DNA from: an uncultured Muribaculaceae bacterium
GTDB taxonomy: Bacteria; Bacillota_I; Bacilli_A; RF39; UBA660
DNA: 64,000 nucleotides
NCBI GenBank assembly: GCA_964629735.1
Contig: CAZVQX010000003.1
Coordinates: 6,387 to 70,386, forward strand
Direction: 5' to 3'
Position numbers and translations under genes: made by a program. The notes under the pieces are model-generated. The model ran no database searches. It was not told the DNA's origin and worked only from the letters and a program-made list of their open reading frames with translations. Positions 7,101 to 17,493 of the stretch are shown here, piece after piece; the first letter of the stretch is position 1, and each line of letters begins with the position of its first letter.

Positions 7101-9479
7101 ATGGTGGTAGTAGATGATAAGACAATTAATTTAAGTGTTATTAAAAGAAATGGGAGAAGAGTCAATTTTGATGGTTCTAAAATTGCTATAGCTATAAAAA
7201 AAGGTTTTGATAGTGTTATTGGTAATGATGAAGATAATGATCATACTAATAAATATAGTATGGTTGATGTTGATAAAGTTTATTCGGGAGTTATTAAAAA
7301 AATAGAAAAGGAATACGTTAATGATACTAGAATTAAAATTGAGGAAATTCAAGATTTAATTGAAGAAGAATTGAAAAATAAAGGTTATGATGATGTTTAC
7401 CGTTCATTTTCAGAATATAGAATTAGGCGTGCACAGTCACGTGAAATGTTTTTTGATCATAAAAAACAGCACAAGTTTTTAAAAGTTATAGAAAGTCTAG
7501 GCTTAAAATCATCTGTAGAAGATGATACGAAACGTGAAAATGCCAATGTTAATGGTGATACAGCAATGGGAACCATGCTTCAATATGGTGGTACAATTTC
7601 TAAAGAGTTTGCCAAATCGTATTTGTTAAAAAATAAATTTGTTGATGCTCATGAAGATGGTGATATTCATATTCATGATTTAGATTTTTTGCCGATGGGA
7701 ACAACAACTTGTACCCAAATAGATTTAAATAAATTATTTAAAGATGGTTTTTCAACTGGCCATGGTTTCTTAAGGGAACCAAATGATATCATGTCATATG
7801 GTGCCTTAGCGGCAATTGCAATTCAATCAAATCAAAATGATCAACATGGTGGCCAAAGTATTCCAGCATTTGATTATTATATGGCACCAGGTGTTGTAAA
7901 AACATTTAAAAAGCAATTTAAGCAATCTATTTATGATTTATTAGAATTTACTGAGTTTAATAAATTTTTAAATATAGATAAATTAATGGATGAGATAGAT
8001 AAATTAAAAAGTATTGAATTTGATATAAATATTTTTGAAACGTATTTTGGTGAGACAAGTGCTGTTGAGAAAATTTTTAAGACATCATATGAAAAAGCTA
8101 TAGCTAAAACAAATAGAATTGTTTACCAAGCAATGGAGGCTTTTATTCACAATTTAAATACAATGCATTCAAGAGCAGGTGCTCAAGTTCCGTTTTCATC
8201 AATTAATTTTGGAACTGATATTTCACCAGAAGGGCGAATGGTTATTAAAAATTATTTACTTTCAGCAGAAGCTGGTTTGGGTAAAGGTGAAACTGCTATC
8301 TTTCCAATTTCAATTTTCAAAGTTAAAGAGGGGATTAATTACAATGAAGGAGATCCCAATTATGATTTATTAAAACTTGCTTGTAGAGTTTCGGCTAAAA
8401 GATTGTTCCCAAATTTCTCATTTATTGATGCACCATTCAACTTAGAATTTTATAAAGAAGGCGATTATAATACTGAGGTTGGTTATATGGGATGCCGTAC
8501 ACGTGTTTTAGCTAATGTTGTTGACCCTAATAAAGCAGTAACACCTGGTCGTGGCAATTTATCTTTTACATCTATCAATTTACCACGATTGGGAATTAAA
8601 CACGGTATTGTAAATAATGAAAAGGCTAATATGGAAGAATTTTATAAGGACTTAGAAGAAAAGATGGAATTAGTAAAAAATCAATTGTTAGACCGATTTG
8701 AATTACAATGTGATAAAAGAGTGTATAATTCACCTTTTGTTTTAGGGCAAGGTGTTTGGATTGATTCTGAAAAGTTAAAAAATACTGATAGATTAAGAAA
8801 AGTTTTAAAACATGGTAGTTTAAGCATTGGTTTTATTGGTCTTGCTGAATGTCTGACAGCTTTAATAGGAAAACATCATGGACAAAGTGAAGATGCACAA
8901 AAATTAGGACTTGAAATAATTGGTTTTATGAGGAAAAAAGTTGACGGTTTTGCAGAAAAACATAATCTAAACTTCACTTTATTAGCAACCCCGGCTGAAG
9001 GATTAAGTGGTAGATTTACAAGTATTGATCGCGCTATATATGGTAAGATTAAAGGAGTTACAGATAAAGAATATTACACTAATTCATTCCATATACCGGT
9101 TAACTTTAATATCTCAATTAGTAAAAAAATTAATTTAGAAGCACCTTATCATAGTTTTACTAATGCTGGTCATATAACATATATTGAATTAGATGGAGAT
9201 ACTACAAATAATGTTGAAGCATTTGAAAAAGTAGTACATTTAATGAAGGAAGCTGGAATAGGATATGGTGCAATTAATCATCCGGTTGATCGTGATCCTA
9301 TATGTGGATTTACAGGCGTAATTGGTGATCAATGTCCTGGGTGTGGTCGAACTGAAGATGATGGTGTTAAGTTTGATAGAATTAGAAGAATAACTGGCTA
9401 TTTAGTTGGAACGGTAGACCGTTTTAATAACAGTAAGAGAGCAGAAGAAAGAGATCGGGTTAAACATTATGAAAATTAG
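7101..9479 (+). CDS. nrdD: Anaerobic ribonucleoside-triphosphate reductase
   Basis: ATP-cone N-terminus, Zn-site cysteines CGFTGVIGDQCPGCG and C-terminal glycyl-radical motif RITGYLVG. Start moved to MVVVDDKT (RBS GGAGG). Confidence 0.95.
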   Translation: MVVVDDKTINLSVIKRNGRRVNFDGSKIAIAIKKGFDSVIGNDEDNDHTNKYSMVDVDKVYSGVIKKIEKEYVNDTRIKIEEIQDLIEEELKNKGYDDVYRSFSEYRIRRAQSREMFFDHKKQHKFLKVIESLGLKSSVEDDTKRENANVNGDTAMGTMLQYGGTISKEFAKSYLLKNKFVDAHEDGDIHIHDLDFLPMGTTTCTQIDLNKLFKDGFSTGHGFLREPNDIMSYGALAAIAIQSNQNDQHGGQSIPAFDYYMAPGVVKTFKKQFKQSIYDLLEFTEFNKFLNIDKLMDEIDKLKSIEFDINIFETYFGETSAVEKIFKTSYEKAIAKTNRIVYQAMEAFIHNLNTMHSRAGAQVPFSSINFGTDISPEGRMVIKNYLLSAEAGLGKGETAIFPISIFKVKEGINYNEGDPNYDLLKLACRVSAKRLFPNFSFIDAPFNLEFYKEGDYNTEVGYMGCRTRVLANVVDPNKAVTPGRGNLSFTSINLPRLGIKHGIVNNEKANMEEFYKDLEEKMELVKNQLLDRFELQCDKRVYNSPFVLGQGVWIDSEKLKNTDRLRKVLKHGSLSIGFIGLAECLTALIGKHHGQSEDAQKLGLEIIGFMRKKVDGFAEKHNLNFTLLATPAEGLSGRFTSIDRAIYGKIKGVTDKEYYTNSFHIPVNFNISISKKINLEAPYHSFTNAGHITYIELDGDTTNNVEAFEKVVHLMKEAGIGYGAINHPVDRDPICGFTGVIGDQCPGCGRTEDDGVKFDRIRRITGYLVGTVDRFNNSKRAEERDRVKHYEN

Positions 9480-10032
9480 ATTAGCCCGCCCTATTCAATC
9501 GGATAGTATTGTTGATGGTGAAGGGATAAGAACTGTGATTTGGACACAAGGTTGTTTACATAAATGTGCTGGTTGTCATAATCCGAGCACTCATAGCTTG
9601 GATGGCGGGTTTGAACAAGATATTGATGAATTAAAACATCAGCTACGTAATTTAAAAGCACAGGATGGTGTAACATTATCAGGTGGTGACCCATTCTTCC
9701 AACTAGAAGCTAGTTTAGAAATTGCTAAATATTGTCAAAGTATTAATTTAAATGTATGGTGCTATACAGGTTTTACATTTGAAAAATTAATGCAAATAGC
9801 CACTAAAAAGCCTAAAGTTATTGAATTTTTAGAAAATATTGATGTTTTAGTTGACGGACCATTTGAATTAGATAAAAGAAGTTTAGAGTGTCAATTTAGA
9901 GGTTCAAAAAATCAAAGAATTATAAATGTTCAAAAAAGTTTAGTTCAGAATAAAGTTGTTACAATTCAAAAATATAATAAACATAATCAGCATAACCACT
10001 TTTACAAACGCGAACGCCATATATATGTCTAA
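9469..10032 (+). CDS. nrdG: Anaerobic RNR-activating protein (radical SAM)
   Basis: CLHKCAGC (Cx3Cx2C) motif; overlaps the nrdD stop. Confidence 0.93.
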   Translation: MKIRLARPIQSDSIVDGEGIRTVIWTQGCLHKCAGCHNPSTHSLDGGFEQDIDELKHQLRNLKAQDGVTLSGGDPFFQLEASLEIAKYCQSINLNVWCYTGFTFEKLMQIATKKPKVIEFLENIDVLVDGPFELDKRSLECQFRGSKNQRIINVQKSLVQNKVVTIQKYNKHNQHNHFYKRERHIYV

Positions 10033-10100
10033 AATAAAAGGTTGACTTTTAGTAGCTATCTATTGTATTATTGAATATATAATAGTTTGGAATAGGTGAT

Positions 10101-10991
10101 ATGATGAAAAGAAACCCTAATGCATTTACTTTAGTTGAATTACTGGCGGTTATAATTATATTAGGTATGCTTGCACTTGTTATAGTACCAGTTGTGGATA
10201 GAGTAAATGAAAGAGCACGTGAGGAGTTATACACTGTTCAAAAGGGTAATATTGTAGAGGCCGCTAAAAATTGGGGCGCAAAAAATTTTATGTTGTTACC
10301 TGATAAAGAAGGAGAAATTATTACAATTACGATAGGACAATTAAAGTTGAGTAGTTTTTTAGATAAGGATATTACTAATCCCCGAACTAAAAAAAAATTT
10401 CCTAATGATATGGAACTAACGATAACTCGTCGTGGTAATAATTATGATTATGAATTATTAGAAAATACAGGCACTGATGAGGGGGATATATATCAGGATT
10501 CGCCAGTAATTATATTAAATGGTTTAGCACATGAGATATCGGAAATACATTCAACCTATGTTGATAAAGGGATAATTGCTAAAGCACCAACTGGTTCACT
10601 TTTAGATAATTATACAACTGTAATTAAGTCAAATAATATAATTGTTGATAAAGTCGACACCACAAAATTTGTACAGTATAAAATTACTTATACTGTAGAA
10701 TTTGAAGGAAAAACAACAGCTGCAATTAGAACTGTTACCGTAAAGGATACAATTCCACCTATATTAAATATACCAGGGAATATTGAGTTAACAGTTGATG
10801 AAGTTGCAACTTTTGATCCAATGTTAGGTGTTAGTATGTCGGATAATAGTTTAAAAATACCTAGTGTTTCAGTTTCTGGAACGATAAGCAAAATAAAAGG
10901 TGATTATACTTTAACATATACGGCAACTGATGAAAGTGGAAATTCTACTACCAAATCGAGAATTATCCATGTTTATAATTCACCACAATAA
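10101..10991 (+). CDS. Prepilin-type N-terminal domain protein with C-terminal DUF5011-like Ig domain(s)
   Basis: N-terminus NAFTLVELLAVIIILGMLALV is a type IV pilin cleavage/methylation motif, but with Ala at -1 instead of Gly. C-terminal repeats such as ITYTVEFEGKTTAAIRTVTV and GDYTLTYTATDESGNSTTKSRIIHV are of the same type as in the 60824 protein. Confidence 0.7.
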   Translation: MMKRNPNAFTLVELLAVIIILGMLALVIVPVVDRVNERAREELYTVQKGNIVEAAKNWGAKNFMLLPDKEGEIITITIGQLKLSSFLDKDITNPRTKKKFPNDMELTITRRGNNYDYELLENTGTDEGDIYQDSPVIILNGLAHEISEIHSTYVDKGIIAKAPTGSLLDNYTTVIKSNNIIVDKVDTTKFVQYKITYTVEFEGKTTAAIRTVTVKDTIPPILNIPGNIELTVDEVATFDPMLGVSMSDNSLKIPSVSVSGTISKIKGDYTLTYTATDESGNSTTKSRIIHVYNSPQ

Positions 10992-11003
10992 TTAAAATGA
11001 TCA

Positions 11004-11035
11004 AAAGATAGTTTTTATTAACTATCTTTTATTTT
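11004..11035 (+). terminator. Rho-independent terminator
   Basis: AAAGATAGTT..AACTATCTTT hairpin followed by a T run. Confidence 0.8.
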
Positions 11036-11123
11036 GGTTATAAATTAGTACTTAAATTGCAATTTTGCCTTTCTAGTGTTATTATATTATTATTAATTGA
11101 ATATAAAGATGTAGGTGGTAATT

Positions 11124-12635
11124 ATGAAGAGAAGTCACGCTTTATTTATTTTATTTGTATTTCAAATTTTATTAATCTATAATTTCCATTATTATATTTC
11201 TAATAATTATAAAGTGTTAGCCATCATTATTTCTAATTTAATATCATTAATTGTTTCTGTTACAATTTTATTAGGTAATAAAAAAATGGAATCTAAGATT
11301 GCATGGACAATTTTTGTTTTGTTTGTACCAATTGTTGGCTTTTTATTTTATATGATATTAGGTGTTGAATATAGTCGTTTTAGCAAATTTGATGATAAAT
11401 TAGATATGGATAATAATATTGAAAGAATGACACTTTCAGAACGTGAAGATATAAATAAAATTATAGCGAAACTAGGTGACCGTAAAGATATTGTTAAATT
11501 ATTACATAATATTAACGATGCGCCTGTCTCCATTAATAATAAAGTTCAAATCATGACCAACGGTGATATGAAATATAAACATTTATTAGAAGAATTAAAA
11601 AAATCTAAAGTCTTTATTAATTTCGAGTATTTTATAATAAAAGAAAGTGAAATTTTTGATGAAATAAAAAAGATATTAATTGAAAAATCTAAGGCTGGGG
11701 TTGAGGTAAGATTTTTATATGATGATTTTGGTTGTATGGATTTGCCCAAATCTATTTTTAAAGAATTAAGTCAAAATGGTATAAAAATAGGATGTTTTAA
11801 TAAAATTGATTTTAAATTATTTCGACCTAGCATTAATTATCGCAATCATCGAAAAATTGTGGTGATTGATAATAAAGTAGGGTTTCTTGGTGGTATAAAT
11901 ATAGGTGATGAATATAATCATAAAGATCCATATTATGGGTTTTGGCGCGATACTCATTTACTTATTAGAGGGATGGCTGTAAAAGATCTTAATGCGGTTT
12001 TTATTAAAGATTGGTTTCACACAACAGATGAGTTATTATTAGATTCTAAATACACAAAAGGTTATAAGGAGAAAAATAATAAAAGTGCGGTTCAAATTGT
12101 TGCTGATGGTCCAGATAACAATTTAGGAGTTATTCGTAATACTTTTTTTAAACTTATTAATGATGCTAATAAACGCGTTTGGATTGTTACGCCATATTTA
12201 ATATTAGATAGTGAATTATTAGTTTCTTTAAGAATTGCAGCATTATCTGGTGTTGATGTTAGAATAATTGTTCCCGGACTTCATGATAAAGGTAAAAAAA
12301 TGGTTTATAAGGCAACTGAGGCGTATTTTAATGATTTATTAGAGGCTGGTGTTAGAATATATAAATATAATAATCACTTTATTCATTCGAAAGTAATGAT
12401 TATTGATGATGATATAGCTAGTGTTGGTACAGTTAATTTTGATTATCGAAGTTTTGATCTTCATTTTGAAGCAACTGCTATTCTATATTTTGATCCGGCA
12501 ATTAAACAATTGATAGAAGAATATAATAATGATTTATTAAAAAGTACAGAAGTATTATATGATGATTGGAAACATAGGAGTTTTTATCAACGGATGATTG
12601 AATCCCTAGTAAAAATATTCTCGCCATTATTATAA
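11124..12635 (+). CDS. cls: Cardiolipin synthase
   Basis: Two N-terminal TMs and two HKD motifs (HRKIVVIDNKVGFLGGINIGD and HSKVMIIDDDIASVGTVNFD). Start at ATG 11124 after RBS AGGTGG. Confidence 0.93.
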   Translation: MKRSHALFILFVFQILLIYNFHYYISNNYKVLAIIISNLISLIVSVTILLGNKKMESKIAWTIFVLFVPIVGFLFYMILGVEYSRFSKFDDKLDMDNNIERMTLSEREDINKIIAKLGDRKDIVKLLHNINDAPVSINNKVQIMTNGDMKYKHLLEELKKSKVFINFEYFIIKESEIFDEIKKILIEKSKAGVEVRFLYDDFGCMDLPKSIFKELSQNGIKIGCFNKIDFKLFRPSINYRNHRKIVVIDNKVGFLGGINIGDEYNHKDPYYGFWRDTHLLIRGMAVKDLNAVFIKDWFHTTDELLLDSKYTKGYKEKNNKSAVQIVADGPDNNLGVIRNTFFKLINDANKRVWIVTPYLILDSELLVSLRIAALSGVDVRIIVPGLHDKGKKMVYKATEAYFNDLLEAGVRIYKYNNHFIHSKVMIIDDDIASVGTVNFDYRSFDLHFEATAILYFDPAIKQLIEEYNNDLLKSTEVLYDDWKHRSFYQRMIESLVKIFSPLL

Positions 12636-12639
12636 ATAA

Positions 12640-12672
12640 AAAAACATGATGTTTACGCATCATGTTTTTGTT
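12640..12672. terminator. Bidirectional terminator
   Basis: AAACATGATG..CATCATGTTT hairpin. Confidence 0.75.
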
Positions 12673-13159
12673 TAGTTAATTTTTTAATATCATTGCAAAT
12701 TATTTTATTATAGTCTCCCATTATAAAATCTTTATTTAATTCACGAGCAATATTTAATTCGTCACGAATTTCTTTTTTGGTTATTTCATTAATCTCACTA
12801 TGTGAAATAATTAAACAAGCATCACATTTGATAATTTCTTTACGGCTGTATTGTAATTTTTGTTTTAACCAATCTTTATAAGCTCTTCTTTTTGATTCAA
12901 TAATTCTTAAACTTTGTATTTGTTCTTTATCAAGTGTGTGATAATTTTTAATATTTCTAATATATTCATCACTTTCAATTAAAAAGTTTTGGGAATTATT
13001 ATCAATCATCATATTTAAATAGTTATACTTACTAAAATCATAAGGCATTACTAAATTTACACCATTTAATTTATATAATTTAATAATTTTGTCCAAATTA
13101 TTACTAATAAATTCATATGATTCTTTCGGCGCAACTATAAAAACATTGTTATATATCAT
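12653..13159 (-). CDS. Hypothetical protein
   Basis: Start taken at the internal Met (MIYNNVFIV) preceded by RBS GAGGGGG. No recognisable family. Confidence 0.5.
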   Translation of the reverse strand: MIYNNVFIVAPKESYEFISNNLDKIIKLYKLNGVNLVMPYDFSKYNYLNMMIDNNSQNFLIESDEYIRNIKNYHTLDKEQIQSLRIIESKRRAYKDWLKQKLQYSRKEIIKCDACLIISHSEINEITKKEIRDELNIARELNKDFIMGDYNKIICNDIKKLTKQKHDA

Positions 13160-13222
13160 ATATAATCCCCCTCTCTTATAAGATGTTTTATATATTAGCA
13201 CTCAATTATAATTTTGTCAAGA

Positions 13223-14353
13223 TTAATTTGTATATCTAAAACCTTCATTAGAAATATTAAATATAATCCCAGCCATTATCATATAACTTAATAAACTTGA
13301 ACCACCATAACTAATAAAGGGTAAAGTAATACCGGTAATTGGCAATAGGCCAAAAGTCATACCAATATTTTGGACCTGTTGATAAATAAGCATACCAACA
13401 ATTCCTGAAATAATATATTTGTTTATATTTTTATTAGTATTAATGGCTGCTAATATAAGGACGATATTAAACATTAAAATTAATCCTAGTAAGAATAACG
13501 AACCAATAAAACCAAAATTATTTGCATAAACTGCGAAAATAAAATCAGTTTGGGCTTCTGGAAAATAAACAGGAGTATTTCTAAAACCACTACCAAATAA
13601 TCCACCGGTTCCGATTGCACTTAAACCATTTTCTAATTGATATCCTGATTTACTTGACCAATCAAGTAAACGATCAATTCTTAAGAAAAAATTTGTTCCA
13701 AAGTATTTTATTAATAAATCTGTATTAATGAAGTAAAGTCCTAAAAGAATTATAACGATGATTGATATAATTCCAAATAATAACACAAACCAACGATATC
13801 TTATACCAGCCACAAAAAGCATTACAGTAGTAATTAATAAATATATTAAAACGACACCGGTATCTGGTTGTAAAAATGTCAGAAAACTAGGAATAAAAAC
13901 AACGATACCAACTTTCAATAGAAAATAAAATTCTTCTTTTACAGTAGGACTTGGATAATTTTCATTAAATTCATCAATTAATTTAGCGATAGTAATAATA
14001 AGTATAATTTTCATAAATTCACTAGGCTGTACGGTACCAATTTTTGGTATTTGATACCAGCATCTAGCATCATTAATTGGTGTAGCAAACAATAATAAAC
14101 CAAGTAATGATATTAAACCAATTATATAAAATAACCAAATATTCCGATATATATATTCGTTTCCAATAAACATTATAAAGTAGGCAATTATAAATCCAAT
14201 TATGTACCAAAGAATTTGTTTAATATATAAATTATTTAAATAACTTGGTAATAAACTTTGGGCACTATAAATAGTAATAATACTAATAATTGCAAATATA
14301 ATAATAGGGATTAAAATAAAATTATCTACTTTATATTTAGAAACATTTTTCAT
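13223..14353 (-). CDS. FtsW/RodA/SpoVE-family peptidoglycan glycosyltransferase
   Basis: Ten-TM SEDS protein with the conserved C-terminal motifs LPxTGxxLPFxSYGGSS. Confidence 0.9.
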   Translation of the reverse strand: MKNVSKYKVDNFILIPIIIFAIISIITIYSAQSLLPSYLNNLYIKQILWYIIGFIIAYFIMFIGNEYIYRNIWLFYIIGLISLLGLLLFATPINDARCWYQIPKIGTVQPSEFMKIILIITIAKLIDEFNENYPSPTVKEEFYFLLKVGIVVFIPSFLTFLQPDTGVVLIYLLITTVMLFVAGIRYRWFVLLFGIISIIVIILLGLYFINTDLLIKYFGTNFFLRIDRLLDWSSKSGYQLENGLSAIGTGGLFGSGFRNTPVYFPEAQTDFIFAVYANNFGFIGSLFLLGLILMFNIVLILAAINTNKNINKYIISGIVGMLIYQQVQNIGMTFGLLPITGITLPFISYGGSSLLSYMIMAGIIFNISNEGFRYTN

Positions 14354-14444
14354 AATACCACCTTGTTAATATATTACACTAAAAAAAATAATTATTCAAA
14401 TAAGTTTTGTAAAAATAAAAATATATAGTATAATGGAGGTGGTG

Positions 14445-14765
14445 ATGAAAATGGAATTTTTACAATATGTAATTATAACGATTATACTTATTATAATTGC
14501 AATTGCAATTGCCAATGCAAAAAAGAAAGATTTTAAAATAAAAACAAATAAATTAGTTGAGTATCTTGGTGGAAAAGATAATATAATTAATTATGAATTT
14601 ACCAAATCCAGATTTGTAGTTAATTTAAATGATGTTAATTTAGCTAATAAAGAAGCAATTCAAAAAATGGGTGCTAGTGGTATTGTTGAAATAGATAATC
14701 AACTTAAGATTGTTTTTAAAAATGATGCTAAGCAATTAAAAAAGAATATTGATGACTTGAAGTGA
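14445..14765 (+). CDS. Membrane-anchored PTS EIIB(Glc)-like domain protein lacking the phospho-cysteine
   Basis: One TM followed by LGGKDNIINYEFTKSRFVVNLND...MGASGIVEI, which aligns to EIIB(Glc) GGKENI..DACITRLR..LGAAGVV with Cys replaced by Thr. Confidence 0.6.
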   Translation: MKMEFLQYVIITIILIIIAIAIANAKKKDFKIKTNKLVEYLGGKDNIINYEFTKSRFVVNLNDVNLANKEAIQKMGASGIVEIDNQLKIVFKNDAKQLKKNIDDLK

Positions 14766-14841
14766 TAATAAATGTCACTTTTTTTCATTATTCGACAAAA
14801 CCAGACAATAGATTGTTATATAATGTTTTTGGGGTGAGAAA

Positions 14842-16077
14842 ATGAATATTTTTGATAGTATGGTTTTAAATATGATATTACTTATTTTTCCAACATTACT
14901 TTGGCTAATTTATTTGATTCATAATAAAAATGTTGGTGTTCAAGAAAGTGATTTGTTATTTAATTTTAGCAATGTAACAACAATTTATTTATTATCTAAA
15001 TTTGGAGTACCACTAATTGGTGATAAATTTTTACTTTTAATTAATATTCCATTAATTGTAGCTTATTTTAAAAAGAAAAAAGCAAGTATTATCATGTTAT
15101 CTATTATTATTGTTATATATTATTATCAAAATTTTAATTGCTTACTATTTTTTCTGATTTTCGAATATCTAATATATTATCTAATATATTATGTTACTAA
15201 AAATAATTCTACTAAAACAATAATTATAATAACATTATTAAAAGTTTTTGCTTTTACTATTTGTTATATTGATTTAGGGAATTTTAGTATAAATAACCAA
15301 CAAAAAGTAATTGATTTATTATTAATAAATGCTAACTTTATTTTTTTGCTCACTTTAATTATTTTTATTTATATTAAATTTGAAGATATAATAAAGTATC
15401 ATATGTCATTAAAAGAACTTGAACAAGAAAAACAATATAGAGCAAGCTTATTTAGAATAACACACGAAATTAAAAATCCAATTGCCGTTTGTAAGGGTTA
15501 TTTAGATATGTTTGATATTAATAATATTGAACATAGTAAAAGGTATATACCAATTTTAAAAAACGAAATAGAGCGAACGCTTATTTTACTGAAAGATTTT
15601 TTATATATGACAAAGATAAAGATTGATAAAGAAATAGTAGATGTTATTATGGTCTTAGAGGATGTTATTGATAACTTTGTCCCGATTTTAAAAGAAAATA
15701 ATATTGAGTATGACTTTAAATTAATAGATGATAGTGTCTACATTTATGGTGATTATAATCGCTTGATGCAAGTTTTTATTAATTTAATAAAAAATAGTGT
15801 TGAGGCTGTTGATTATGATAAACAAAGCAAATTAAAAATAACAACAAAATTGATAGATAGTAGTATATATATATATATTTATGATAATGGAATTGGGATT
15901 GATGAAGAGACATTAAAAAAAATTATGGAACCCTTTTTTACAACTAAGCCAAACGGGACCGGTCTCGGTGTTTCTCTTACTAATGAAATTATTAAAGCAC
16001 ATGGTGGTGAAATAAAATATACATCTTTAGAAAAAGTCGAAACATTAGTGGAAATAATTTTACCCTTAATTAACTAG
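14842..16077 (+). CDS. Orphan sensor histidine kinase (multi-TM sensor, HisKA, HATPase)
   Basis: Five or six N-terminal TMs. H-box ITHEIKNPIA, N-box LIKNSVEA, G1 DNGIGI, G2 GTGLGV. No response regulator gene nearby. Confidence 0.85.
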   Translation: MNIFDSMVLNMILLIFPTLLWLIYLIHNKNVGVQESDLLFNFSNVTTIYLLSKFGVPLIGDKFLLLINIPLIVAYFKKKKASIIMLSIIIVIYYYQNFNCLLFFLIFEYLIYYLIYYVTKNNSTKTIIIITLLKVFAFTICYIDLGNFSINNQQKVIDLLLINANFIFLLTLIIFIYIKFEDIIKYHMSLKELEQEKQYRASLFRITHEIKNPIAVCKGYLDMFDINNIEHSKRYIPILKNEIERTLILLKDFLYMTKIKIDKEIVDVIMVLEDVIDNFVPILKENNIEYDFKLIDDSVYIYGDYNRLMQVFINLIKNSVEAVDYDKQSKLKITTKLIDSSIYIYIYDNGIGIDEETLKKIMEPFFTTKPNGTGLGVSLTNEIIKAHGGEIKYTSLEKVETLVEIILPLIN

Positions 16078-16113
16078 TAAAAAATTTGAATAATTAAATT
16101 TTAATAAGGTATA

Positions 16114-16151
16114 AAAAATGATAAACTAAATAACTATAGTTTATCATTTTA
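16114..16151. terminator. Bidirectional terminator
   Basis: Perfect 12-bp stem AAATGATAAACT..AGTTTATCATTT. Confidence 0.85.
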
Positions 16152-16162
16152 AATTTAAAAAA

Positions 16163-17089
16163 TTATTGAATCGCTTCTACGTATATATCTTTTGAAAAAT
16201 GATGATTATTATTAATTTTTTTTAATTGTTGTCCATCTATTAAAAAATAATCATGCAATAATAAGTCTTCATTATTGATGGTAACGGGGTCATCCCAAGT
16301 TAAATCAAGATGGTACCATTTATTATCTAATTTGACTAAATTCCAAATATGGGTTTCGTTTGATATTCTTAAGTTTGGAATATTCAACTTAAACAAAAAC
16401 AAAGACATGGCATCACTATAACCGCCACAGATACCTTTATTTTGAAGAAGTGGTCCAACGGCTTTATGCGATTGATATAACGGTACGTAGTTTGCGTCAT
16501 TATTTACGATAGCTGCTGCCCGTTCTTGATCATAAGTTGTTGTATTAATTATATAGTCGTGAATTTTTAGTATTTTATCTTTATCATTCATTTCTGTTGT
16601 TATCAATTTGTTATATATTTCATTAACATTTTTGTTTAAAGTGTTAATTTCGTTTTCTTGATATAATTTTTCAAATTGAACAGTTATTTTTCCTAATTGA
16701 TTATAATCAATATATATAACATTATATGTATTAAATGGGTGAACAAAGTTATTTAAGGTTGATAGTAATTCTGTATCAGTTGAAATATTACTAATATCTT
16801 TAATACAATCATTATATTTAATATCACAAAAAAATGTAAATTCATCATAACCGTTATTTAAAATAGTATATAAAACATTAAATAAATCTGCTTTATTTTT
16901 AGGAAAGAAATTTTCTGTTTCCTTTAAATAATGAAAATTATAATCTAATTTATATATATTAGGGGTTTGCTCAACGATATCCTTTTTATATATATAGTTA
17001 ACAGTAATATGATGAATAATTTCATTACGGTATATAATAGATACAATAAGAATAAAAACTAAAATAATTCCTTTAATAATTTTTTTCAT
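16163..17089 (-). CDS. Transglutaminase-like (papain-fold) domain protein, membrane anchored
   Basis: N-terminal TM. Cys/His/Asp core GICGGYSDAMS..THIWNLVKLDNKWYHLDLTWDDP. Confidence 0.7.
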   Translation of the reverse strand: MKKIIKGIILVFILIVSIIYRNEIIHHITVNYIYKKDIVEQTPNIYKLDYNFHYLKETENFFPKNKADLFNVLYTILNNGYDEFTFFCDIKYNDCIKDISNISTDTELLSTLNNFVHPFNTYNVIYIDYNQLGKITVQFEKLYQENEINTLNKNVNEIYNKLITTEMNDKDKILKIHDYIINTTTYDQERAAAIVNNDANYVPLYQSHKAVGPLLQNKGICGGYSDAMSLFLFKLNIPNLRISNETHIWNLVKLDNKWYHLDLTWDDPVTINNEDLLLHDYFLIDGQQLKKINNNHHFSKDIYVEAIQ

Positions 17090-17129
17090 ATTAAGCCCCT
17101 TTATTATTCTTATAAAAAAAGAAGTATAA

Positions 17130-17393
17130 TTACTCCATACTATTTACTTTTTTTGTTAATTTTGATTTATCACGAGCACCTTTATTAGGATGAATTACTC
17201 CTTTTTTAGTTGCTTTATCAATTTTCTTAATGGCTGTGTTTAGATTTTCGTGAGCAACTTCTTTATCGTTGTTTAAAATTGCTTTTTCAACTTTTTTAAC
17301 TGCTGTACGCATACTTGATTTATACTCGTTATTCATTGTTTTCTTTTTATTATCTAAATTTACTTTTTTAATAGCGTTCTTTAAATTTGGCAT
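17130..17393 (-). CDS. rpsT: 30S ribosomal protein S20
   Basis: 87 aa basic protein MPNLKNAIKKV..., S20 family. Confidence 0.92.
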   Translation of the reverse strand: MPNLKNAIKKVNLDNKKKTMNNEYKSSMRTAVKKVEKAILNNDKEVAHENLNTAIKKIDKATKKGVIHPNKGARDKSKLTKKVNSME

Positions 17394-17493
17394 AATTTCA
17401 CCTCCTAAGTTGTCAATATATTAATATTAACAAAAAAATGAATAAAAATCAATAAAAACTGGAATTTTTGCCAAAATAAGTATAGGTGATATA

